Below, piece by piece: positions 11,753-23,488 of a stretch of DNA of 64,000 nt. Location of the stretch: the NCBI GenBank assembly GCA_964016885.1, contig OZ024741.1:342240001-342304000 (forward strand), written 5' to 3'. The notes under the pieces are model-generated. The model saw only the letters and a list, made by a program, of their open reading frames with translations, was not told the origin of the DNA and ran no database searches. The position numbers and the translations under genes were made by a program. Numbering within the stretch: position 1 is the stretch's first letter; each line of letters begins with the position of its first letter. This stretch comes from Eledone cirrhosa (Eukaryota).

Positions 11753-14700
11753 CTTGTCTTTCTTACGTCCTATACTTTTATCATTTTCTCATTATATAAT
11801 TTACTATAATTATGTTTCCTCTCTCATTCCCTCACTGCTTTTGTTGTACCCCCCCCCCCCATCTTGCATATTTTAAACGAAGAAGCAATGAAAATCATTG
11901 CTTCTTCGTTTCACTTATTTCTTATTAACTAGGAGAAATTGTTTGAAAACAGTTTCTCTTTTCTGACTCCTTCATATCGGTGCTTAAATCATTCGAAATT
12001 ATACCTTTTGTCTAACTTTCTTTATTCCGCCACTCTCACATACTTTTACTATTATATCTAAATTACACTGAATTTCTTTCTATTGTTGACCGTACAACCG
12101 TTTCATTGTTCGTCTTTTAAAACGCAACTAAATAACTTTTATAAACTTTTGACGTCCATCCCGGCAAGTTTATTTCATAGTATCCTCGGATTGTCTTAAG
12201 AATTGTATAATATTAAAACTTTATTTTCCAACTATTACATTCTCATCGATGCAAGCACTAACTCTTTAATTCCCTCCATACTAGATTGGCAAGGTGTTTT
12301 GATAATAATAACTTTATTGTTTTACCTAATTAATTGTATATTTTATGAATACCCTAAAAATTAAATAATCTTAAGACGAGCCAACGAGGGGAACCTACCT
12401 TTATGCTATTTATCGCTCGACCTTTTAGAAACAGCAGCCGAACCTCCCACAGATCACAAACAGCATATCGTCATAAACGAAAAAGGATTTTTTAGACGAT
12501 ATAATGTCTGATGTTAGAAACAGACGGATGTTGAAGACTGGAATATCTTTGATTAACAATAAAATCAATAACAAATCAGCATATAATTTAATGCAATAAT
12601 TACAATTGGCATTTACGATGTTTAAAACTGTTATACTGTACGAATCATTATTGATACCCCCCCCCCCCCCCCATCCACACATACACAAACAAGCAAACTT
12701 AATATCTATTAAAGCATTAAAAATAAATAAATAAATTGATTGCACGTCTCGGTCGTTTGAAAAACTCAGCAGAGATGAGTGATGAGTGAACAGGTCATGG
12801 GAGCATGTCGAAAAATAATTCAAAACGAAATTATAAAAGAATTTGAAATTGAATAATCAGTTCTTTGGTTTTACTCACAAACAAAAATGATTCTACCAAA
12901 AATACACAAACAAGTATGTTGTTGTTGATTATTATTACAAGACACCCCCTCCAAAGATGTCCGTTCCGAAAATGGCCCATCTGTCCGAGAAAAATTAATT
13001 TCCCTCAAAATTATATCTAGCTTTACAGTTTCATTTGTTAGTATCAATAACTATGGAAGCCGAAACTTGCAAAAAGCTTTGGTTTACTTTCGATACATCT
13101 GACGTATCGCCTCGCATAGTTGTAGGGATAGAAGAGGTTAGATTCCTCATTGCGAACGCTGGGTACTTTTTTTTCTTCCCATCTATAGGGATATTTTACC
13201 CGATTTTCCAAGCTTTTATTTATACCAGGCAAATGTGTTTGGTTATTTATTGCGCCTGAGTTTCCAACATTTTCTATGAAAATAAACTTTATTTCGTTAT
13301 ATTATTATAGCTGGACACTTGTATATTTTCAACGTAAAATAAGAAGAAAAAAAGAATATAAACAACAAAAATTCAAATGTAGATTTATTTTTTAAAGGAG
13401 CAAACATTTGCTTGTTTTTTTTTTGTTTACATTAGATTGGAATACTATCTCTACATTAAAGATTAAGGAATTTACCAATTTCTAACTTGTGTGTGTATGG
13501 AATGTTTTTTTTCTTTCGTATGTGGGTGTGTATCTAGAAAAAACATTTTACACATACCACTTATTGATGAAGCGATGCAAAGAAAATTAACTCTTGTTGG
13601 AAAATTTAAAATAAATTAGAAATACCGTGTGTATGCATGTGTATGAGAGCTAATATAAATAAACGAGAACGAATGAAACTGACAGTCATTTGACTTGCTA
13701 GAAATAGCAGCCAAATATTTCCCACATTGTACTATACATCCGAAAAAGGACTCATTGGAAAATGTCCATTACCCCCAAATAAAAAAACCATCAATAACTG
13801 GATGGTCACTACTGTAATGCCTTTGATTATGTTTGCTCGATATGGGTTATATATATTATAAATTGTATTTGTTTATTAATTGGCCTTAACGAACTCTCTC
13901 GTTGTCTGTCTAGCTCTCTTAAGTTTTACTATCTGTATCTTACGCTTTCTCTTCACTGCCACTCTTATTTCTCTTTCTCACAGCTACTCAGTCTTTCTCT
14001 CACTCACTGCTACTCAAAGTCTTTCTCTTACTTACTGCTACCTTTGTCCTTTCTTTTGAAGGTAGGTGGGAGAAATTTACCGGGAAATTTCATTGGTTAA
14101 TAAACACGAACTCCTGCTTTATGCAATTAATATCGATCTCTTTCATAGGCACAAAGCTAGTAAGGCTTTTAATAATAGCCGATTTAATCAACCTTACTAC
14201 TTAAACTGATACTTTCGTTTTCCATCCCGAAATATGAAAGGCGAAATTGAATTTTGCGAAATTTTAACGCAGAACGCATAAAGAAATTTAACTAAATAAA
14301 TATTGATACCTAATATAAGGCACGAGGCCAGCAAATTTGGGCGAAGGGCAAAGTTAATTAACTCAACTCTAATATTTGATTAGCTCATAATTAATTTTGT
14401 TTTGCTACTATAAATGATAAAGAACTCTTTTAATGATTACTCCAAAGTGTAATGACAGCAATGAACATAATTATACATATGTATAAACTTTACAGACACA
14501 GTAATGTTATTAATTTAATAGCAAGGACCCCGATTAAAATTTAAGCCTATGGCCTCATTGCAAGCTTATTCCACCCCTCTGTATGTCCTTGAAATATGTA
14601 ATTTATAACAATATATCTGCGAGTGTATAATGTGTGTGTTTGTGCACTTGTTTATATCTTTCTATCTCCACCCTATCATTCTCTATTTTCACTCACCCCC

Positions 14701-16516
14701 CCCCCCCCTCTATCCACACTCGCACACTTCCTTGACATTCTTATTTTTACGACGAAGAAACGACTTGTTGAAGATAAAAACTGTTACCCAATTTTCAAAG
14801 CCATAGTTCATCGTAATTTATTTTATAAGAAAATGCAGCTTTTAAAAAAAAATTTTTTTCGACGTTCTTATAATAAAAACTAAAGGAAATGTTTTAATTT
14901 TTAGTTATAAGTGGATTAGGTTGTGTCGTTCTTGGCACCTTAAAGAAAGAAAGAAAAAAATTAGTTTGTATTGACAATCAAAATTTATATATTAGTATAA
15001 AAACACAATTTATATTTTTAAAATTATATAAAAAATGAGAAAAAAAAAAGGTGGGAGAAGATTCGATTCAATTACACGTCACAAGGGGCGTTGGGGTTTC
15101 CTTCTAATAACTTAAGTAGCATCATTATCGTGCGTGATAGTGAGGCTAAGGCGCTGGAATAACCAAGCACCCTCGCGGGAATCACCTGATTACGTCGGCA
15201 ATAAAAAAGAACACTAAAGAATATCGGTCTCACGCGTTGGCCTCAGATTTATTAAAGGAAATGAAAAAATGGGATTCTATGACGTTCTAATAATATTTAT
15301 AGAATTCTTCAGCAAGTTGCAATTTCGAGGTAAATAAGATTAAATACTTTTGGATGATTTGAAATTTGAAAATGTTGATATCCAAACAATGAGAAAACGC
15401 TAGAAAATCGTGTAAAACATTTTCTGTCCCTCAGGGTAGTTAAACCCGATTTTCTAACGCTTTTATCATTATAGCTTAAGGACATTTTTTTATCGCTAAT
15501 TTACTTTACCTATGGGAAACTTATTTTGTTTTGTTTTGAGATATTTATACCCCACCCACCCCAAAAGCTTAAATAGAACGGCGTGAGGGAAGCGAAATCG
15601 TATTAGGAATCGAAACAAGAACAATTTGTCCAACGAGAGGATAATTAAATTGATATCGGAGCGTGTTATTTGTTCTCGTAGAAGTGTGTGTGTGTGTGTT
15701 GAACAATGAAAACAAATTAGACAAGGTTTAATAGTTAATTAATCCATTGTTTTACGATCGCTTCAAAGGCCAAAAATAAGAAGAAAAAAAGAATTGATGT
15801 ATTGACTAATCGATAGCAGATATACAGCTCCATAGTTGTTAACCTTCATAAAATACAAATATTGAATTCTAAAAATTAAGTCCTACTTTGAGAATATGTA
15901 TATGTGTTTGTGTATGTATGTATGTGTGCGTATGTATATGTGTGGCAAATGAAATGCAAATATATCAAAACCGTAGTCAGTCTCGATTCTATTTGATCAC
16001 ACTCATTACATATATGTTCATTCAGAACATTACACAATACATTAAAATATATTTAAAAAAAAAGCGGAATGACTAAATGAAAACAAACAGCCCCCCCCCT
16101 CCCTCTATAACCACGAATATATTTAATTGTATGGAATACATAAGATTGATAATGTTAGTGTCGTGAGAAAAGATGATACTAACGTCACTGGAGCGTTTCT
16201 TGGTCTGAACACAGCTGATTTCTAAGAGAGAGAGAGAACCAACCCTAGTATTGGACTGGTACTTTATCGACCTCGAAAGTCATGAAAGACAAAGTTGACC
16301 TCTGTTCGATTTGAATGCTAAAGTGCAGAGAATCGGAAAGAATACTGCAAAGCATTTTATTCGACGGTCTAATGACTTTGTCAGTTCACCGCCTTCGCTC
16401 TAAATAATGGCCTGTCTAAAAAAAAGTTAAAAATCTTCTTTCGTGACTAACATTATTCATTACAAACAGGATTTTGGTATTATAATAGAACGATTTCCCC
16501 TTTTTTTTTCGTATAC

Positions 16517-17089
16517 TATCAACTAATCTAACCTCAAATGCTGGCAATAATTAATTTTTTTCCCGGAGGACGGAGGACGGAGGGGTGGTTCTCCTTGCTT
16601 CGCATAACTCCCACTCCTCGAAATTTTCCCTACGATTGTTTTTTTTTAGTGTTATCAACGAATAGGACTACGAAACTAGTCGGAACCGGCTAGATCATCG
16701 GAGTTTAGCAGATCAACACACTCTCGATAATTTCTGGGCTTTTTTTCCCAGATTAGGGTTAGGGTTTTCGTTTTCGATTGCAAGCATCTAAGAAGTCTAG
16801 GAAAAAAACAAAGCAAGATAATTATTTCCCACAAAACGCAAGAGGTGTGTAGATCTGCAATGGTCTTTCCTCCCCCTTTCACCCTACTTTTTCAACAAAT
16901 CTAGTTGTTTCCGACTGGTTTGGAGGTCATATTTGTTGATAACACGCAAAAAAAAAAAAAAAAAAATGGAGAGAAAACTCCGAGGAGTGGGGAGTTATTC
17001 GGGCGGGTGGAGGGACCCACCTCACCTCCTCCATTCTCTGTGAAAAAAAAAGTTGATTGCCAACATCTTGGAGGTTAGATTAGTTGATA
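16517..17089. mobile_element. Foldback element or long-TIR MITE
   Basis: Diverged arms of ~200 bp (TATCAACTAATCTAACCTC...CCCACTCCTCG...GTCGGAA vs TTCCGAC...CGAGGAGTGGG...GAGGTTAGATTAGTTGATA). Confidence 0.65.
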
Positions 17090-17557
17090 ACGCGAAAATA
17101 AAAAAACTTATTTTCCCACTGACATAGACCGTAACTACTATCGTTGAATTCTAGTAATTAACCTTTTTTATTTATTTTATTTTTTTTAAACCAAAATATT
17201 TGTTCTATTGATACTGTTGGGATGGAAAGCAAAATCTACCCTGACAGGATTCAAACTGGGAATATAGAAGTAATTTCTGCCATTCATTAATCTAAGTAAT
17301 AGCATTTTTTCCTTCAGCTTTGTCCATCTGTAGTTTTTCTTGGTGCGAAAAATGCAAAGAAAGCCGAGTTAAAGATTGATTTCCCCCAAGATATATTTCT
17401 ATGTGAAGACAGATTCTGATGGGCATTCGCCAGCAATCTTCGATATGATTTTATGTACATTATTTTAAAAAACCCTATCCATTTGTTTATTAAAAAAAAC
17501 GAAGCACAGAAGAGGGAAACTTTATTTGAAGAAAATATTGAGATTTTTACTCGAAAA

Positions 17558-17692
17558 GGCGGTAGTTTTAAAAGTTGGGAAAAAGCACGCGTGGTTTTTT
17601 TTTTTTTCTGTTTTGTTTTCACGAGAAGGATGAAGAGAGCCGAGTGCGGTGTATGAGGGAAATCTATATGTTATACAGAGTAAACCGTAAGT
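17558..17692 (+). promoter_or_regulatory. Candidate promoter and non-coding first exon of the l(3)mbt-like gene (CDE/CHR-like site, donor GTAAGT at 17687)
   Basis: GGCGG-TAGT-TTTAAA at 17558-17572, CACGCGTG, CpG-rich context, consensus donor; no transcript evidence. Confidence 0.3.
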
Positions 17693-19165
17693 CGCGCATC
17701 AAAGCATTAAAAACAATTTAGTATAGATGTTCATCGTATTTGTATTAACAAAAATATATTGAAATAACAAAGGTATCATTTTCATCATCGTATTATCTAT
17801 GATTTTAAGGTATTGAGTCTACGACAGCTCACGCTTTATCATTCCTCTACCTCCGTTTTGTTTAGAGAAATAGAGGCGATCCATAACACAAAAATAATTG
17901 AAATCAGTTAAACACACTAGAGTGCTGTTTAAGGAAATCGTTTCATTTGAGAGCAGATGCTTATCTCAATAGCAGTAAAGAAAACCTGTTTAGGAAAATA
18001 CGCTTTTCTTGAATTTATTTTTAAATCCCGATTTTGTATTTAGCTGGGACGGTTCCTTTATCTATATTTCTAATGGTTTATAGAATGTGTGTGTGAGTGC
18101 GCTATTATAGTATTCTCTTATTTATTTAATGTCGCAATTTGTAAACGATAGCACCGTTGGTTATTCCCAATAGACTAATCATTGGTTTACTGCATTTGTG
18201 ACAGCGAGAATGGCAAGGAAGTTTTGTTCGTAAAATACTGTTTGTTATTTTGATTTTGTTTTCGGTTTTTTCGCCGATGTTTTCAGTGATCGTAATAGAA
18301 GACGCTTGCCCAAGTCGTCTGGGATCGAATTGGAAACTATTTGGTTGCGAAGTGAACTCGTTCACCACAGCCACCCCCGCATAAAATTTTCCCAGACATA
18401 GACTCTTTAAACCTCCACCAATTACATACTTTGTATGTAATTGAATCATATATTGTGAATCTAAATTATATACATCACAATACGTGCATACTTGTGTTAC
18501 ATTATACGCATGTAATGTGTGTATTTACGTAGAAAGATAATCTGTGCGTGGTGATTTCATTTTGATATAGAGAAATCAATAAAAATGTCCAGTTACAAAT
18601 AGGTTGGAGCTATTGTCAGGAGCGGAGTCATAGTTTAAGGAGACACAAACAGTATCATCGACTATAGATGCATGGATAATTCAAACCAGCAGATGTCGAA
18701 ACTTTTTTTTTTGCTTGTTTTGTTAACTTTATTTTGGCTTTCGTTTTTGATTCCTGTGATTCCTTCTTTCTGTCTTTTTCCACTCCACTCTTCTCAACAA
18801 GGCCACAGACCTCCCTCCCTCAATCAGTTTTGGAATCGCTGCATTAGGGTTCGAGTTGAGGGAAATTTGGCTGCTATTTCTTGCAGGTCGAGAGATCACT
18901 TTGAGGCTCACTTGTATGTATGAGATGGGGTAGATAAAATAAAGTACCAGTAATGCACTGGGTAATTGCTGGCCTTGTGCCTAAAGTAGAAACAATTATT
19001 AATATTTTGAATAATATTAATAACTCCAGAAAACTTTTTGTTGAGTGTTTTTAATCTATTATAAAACCATATTCATTGAATAATCAATGAACCTTGTTTA
19101 ACATTTGGTTATATATATATTAGAATATAAATATTAATAAAATAGATGTTCTTTTGATCAATTAA

Positions 19166-19218
19166 ATTTTATTATACATATTTCGGATGTACAACAGTAC
19201 GTCCTCATCAGACAAAAT
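19166..19218 (-). ncRNA. Type I minimal hammerhead ribozyme motif
   Basis: Minus strand reads ATTTTGT-CTGATGA-GGACGTAC-TGTT-GTACATCC-GAA-ATATGTAT-A-ATAAAAT: intact core, 7-bp stem I, 7/8-bp stem II, near-palindromic stem III. Confidence 0.7.
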
Positions 19219-19410
19219 ACAATGATACATGACATACCCTGAGATGTTAAATGGTTAAGATTTAATCAAGGTAGTATATATATATATATATATAGGAAAA
19301 TAGTCAGAACCCCGACGGCAGAGCTCAAGCCGATTACCCACTCTACTACCCGAAGTATCGAGTACTCTGGTCTGTTATGGTCCACCTGGTTCCTTACCAC
19401 ACTTCCTTCG

Positions 19411-19449
<39 letters not shown>

Positions 19450-19560
19450 GGACCTACCCTTATTGAGTGCTTTGCTACTCATTCCTTATTGTAGGTCGAC
19501 TTTGCTTGGCCACAGCCAAAGCTTCGATTTTACTAAGCTTCCACTTGTGTATATATATAT

Positions 19561-19947
19561 GAAGAATAAAAAAGAGTTGGGTGGTGCATAGAAAAAGAAA
19601 TAAAAAATATATACTTAGCTGAAAACCTTTCGATATTTTACACGGTTTGAAAATTTATATATATATATATTAATTCAAAATATTAACAAAATAGATATTC
19701 TTGTGATCAAGTATATTTTATAATACATATTTCAATGGTACTGAGTTAACTTCAACAGTACGTCCTCATCAGATAAAATTATGTATTATAAAATATACTT
19801 GATCACAAGAATATCTATTTTGTTAATATTTTGAATTAATATATATATATAAATTTTCAAACCGTGTAAAATATCGAAAGGTTTTCAGCTCAGTATATAT
19901 TTTTTATTTCTTTTTCTATGCACCACCCAACTCTTTTTTCTTCTTCT
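19561..19947. repeat. ~170-bp near-perfect inverted repeat
   Basis: 19561-19729 is the reverse complement of 19780-19947. Confidence 0.92.
19715..19779 (-). ncRNA. Second hammerhead ribozyme motif (weaker base of stem II)
   Basis: ATTTTAT-CTGATGA-GGACGTACTG...CAGTACCATT-GAA-ATATGTAT-T-ATAAAAT. Confidence 0.55.
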
Positions 19948-21476
19948 TTTACTTATTACGCAGTTTAGAGAGAGAAAAAAATTGGCATACTTTTTTTGCA
20001 TAAATAAAAAAAAAATTCTTTAAAAATCAAATGTATTTATGTATATTAGTTAATATAAATGACGTAATTATAGAAAATTATGTACTTTATTTAATAAATG
20101 AAGTATAGCTAATGCATTACTTAGCTATTTAGAATTTCAGTTTTTATTCTCCACATTTTAAATGAAATATTTCCGTGGCGCACCTAGCTACATTCCACGG
20201 CAAAGAATTTTGGAACACTTCTTTCCCATGCTACATTTCTCGTCTCTATTACTGAATAGTTTCAATTGTCTCCTATCTACTGTAGCAAATAAATTACACT
20301 TTTAAAGGTCAGTGTTTTATTTTCTTGCGCAAATTCCTTGAGACACGACGGCTGGCGCATGCACACTGATCTCCCCGCTCTCTCTCATATATATATACAC
20401 ACAAACACGCACACATCCTCACTCACTTACACGTTGACACTCGCACGTGTGCGCGTTCACTCATACGTACCAGATTGTAATTAACATGTGTATGTATATA
20501 TATATATACATATATATATAGTAAGGTTGCTTGGATGCGTCCATAGGCGGTATGCCGGTTGAGCATTCTATGCTCCTTCGGAGCATATATATATCCGTGT
20601 GATATTGACGGACATGTGAATGAGTACTCAAAACGGCAGTAGCGTTTAAATGTCCTTTATTATGTTTAAATGATGAGTCTTGTTACTCCGGAGAAGATTT
20701 TCTGCCGATCCTGTGAGTACACGGATAAAACTTTAGAGTAACAAGATTCACTACAAGAAAAATATATTTATATTACATGTGTGTGTGTGTACATATTTAA
20801 AATTTTTACTTTTTGATTTTCATTCAACGGATGTCGGGGTCAACTTAATTTATTCATGATAATTCTTAGAATATTTACGCATCTCTAAACTGATTATTCA
20901 CGTCGCTAAAACATTGCACATTAATTTGTAAAAATTAAGAAACAAAAAAAAATCTCTATTTCTTTGTTTACAAATATTGTGAGTTTCGATTGTTCAGCCA
21001 ATCAACAACACCGTATGATGACCCAATAAAGCAATTGACTAATCACAATTGTTGTATTATTATGTGGTTGGTGATCAATGTTTTGGCGTCTGCAATACGA
21101 TGTCATTCATCACTGGTGATTTTCAAATGCTCATAGAATTTTTCTATAATGATTTCTTTATCGATTTCATTATTTTTCTATAAGGCATGTTCCTTCAACC
21201 CTCGCCCCACAAAAATAAAAAACGAAACAAAGCAATTATTTTATTACATTTCATTGACAAGTGGAAATTATTTTTTATTTTATTTCGCAGCAGTGAGACC
21301 CATATTTCGTGATGTGAGGGACAACATAATATAGACTGGTTGGGTAGGCGCACACACACGATCGAAAATTTGAATATCTTTGAATATCAACTACTCAGTC
21401 ATTACAATGTGCAGTTAATTGGGATGTATATTAACTAATGACACAATAACTATACATTACGGTAATGTTGACTTTT

Positions 21477-21511
<35 letters not shown>

Positions 21512-22004
21512 CGAGGAAGTTTCGTTTACATGTATAAGATATTTATGTATCGACCTGTTACGCGCGTTTCGCTGAGGATTGGCTCAAGGTCACCCATAGT
21601 AGTTATGGATCCGACTCTACTATCGATCTGCTTTTTAGACTGGTGATGTGACAAAAAAAAAATATAGCTTTGTTGTGGTCTGTGATAAGCACAGTGGTAT
21701 TTTGATTAGTTTGAAACTTTAGCCCCCTTTTCAACTCTGTGAGTGTGTCATGTACGAGGTGACAAAAAGGGTTGGCGTCAATTAAGGTATCCAGCTGTAA
21801 AACTTGGGCTTCTTGCTAATCGAGTGACCACGTCGAGATTCACTTGTATATATCTAAAAGGTGTAGTGGTAAATTTTCAAACATGAAATATTTAAAAGTT
21901 CTAAGCTTAATATATCTTTATTAGCTCTATTTCAGTCATTGTCTTAAAACATATAATCCCATCCATACCCATGTCAGAATGGAAAAGAAGACTAAAAAAA
22001 AAAG

Positions 22005-22059
<55 letters not shown>

Positions 22060-22158
22060 CATCATCATCATCATCTTCGTTTAACGTCCATCTTCCACGC
22101 TAGCATGGGTTAGAAATATATATATCATCATCATCATCATCAAATTACACATACACAC

Positions 22159-22207
<49 letters not shown>

Positions 22208-23325
22208 AGCAGAGAGACGGTTTTAAATGTACATCCTCTGTTTATTATATAATCATGTTTTTACATATACCTATTTCAAAGACATCAAGATGATTGTATA
22301 ATAACCTTAATACATATAACATGATTATATAATAGAGGACGCACACTGGGGTTGATTCTTCCTCTTCCATCCTCTCTGGCACAAATTTGGTGTTCAGATC
22401 TGGAAAGGAGATGGGTTCTGACAGGTATTTAAAAAAATGTTCAAGAAATATTCTATTTTACTAGAAAACCCCTACAACTCCATGCATACATATAATGCTT
22501 GTATTGTTTAATTTGAAAATATTGAAGAATTTGGAGGGATATATTAAAATGAGCATTTGGAACATTGTTTTAAAAGGTTCTTGCATAAAATTACAATGGA
22601 AGATTTGAATTATATAAGAACATTTAATAAATTGGAAAATATATCTAAATGTCTAAATTGTTAAAATCATAATATTTTTTTTACTGTTAACCCTTTTAAT
22701 ACCAAACTGCTTCTAGTTCTATAAAGAGAAAACATTTGTTTTAAAATGTTCATGTTTAAATTTATACCTTTAAGTTTTGTTCCAAACACTGACTTAATAA
22801 TGAGAAAGTTATTTATTTTACTAAATGGATTTTTTAATTATTAAAAAAAAAATTAATTGAAGAACCATAGGCAGTATATTTCATTAGAAATATGGTAACA
22901 AAAGAGTTAAATCTCATCTTTTGAGATGAAAGCTTTAGTTTTTTTTTTTAATCTTTTTAATTTCTTAGTGATAGGAAGATGAGCAGCAGCCATGGTTCTT
23001 TTGAGGGCCTCAGAGACAGGTGTTGGGAAAGTTATCAGAATGGAGACTTGGCCTGAATTCCTGCAACAGAGTAAACTCTGCTAAAGGTATTTATGGGGCC
23101 AGTTGGTGCAATTAAACTGTGTAATGGATAAAAGCTAATACCAAAAACCAGAACAATCTCATAGTTTCCATTTTTCAAATTTCACTCAGAAGCTTTGGTT
23201 GACTATGGTAGAAGACACTAGAATTAAACCCACGACCTTATGATCATGAGTCTAATACCTACTAGGCCACACATTTTCACACACATACACACAGGACCAG
23301 TTTAAGTCTCTTTAAAGCTCTAAGC

Positions 23326-23488
23326 CAGTCATGAGCAAACTGCAACATGCGGGTTGCGTGCAGCCTTTTGGCCATTCTGAATGGCATGCTTAATTTCAAA
23401 ACTGTCTTGAATTTTTTAATAGTGCAGCCTGCCATATGATGAAACACATCCTATGTACCCACTGTTAAAAAAAGGTTGTCCATGCCTG
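23326..23488. mobile_element. hAT-like MITE
   Basis: TIRs CAGTCATGAGCAAACT / AGGTTGTCCATGCCTG; 8-bp TSD ctctaagc / ctcttagc (1 mismatch). Confidence 0.7.

Noticed and set aside
16753-16766. TTAGGGTTAGGGTT telomere-like motif
   Set aside because: Only two units; expected by chance
21291-21343. Possible short 5' UTR exon (tttcgcAG ... GTAGGC)
   Set aside because: Plausible splice signals, but unsupported without transcript data
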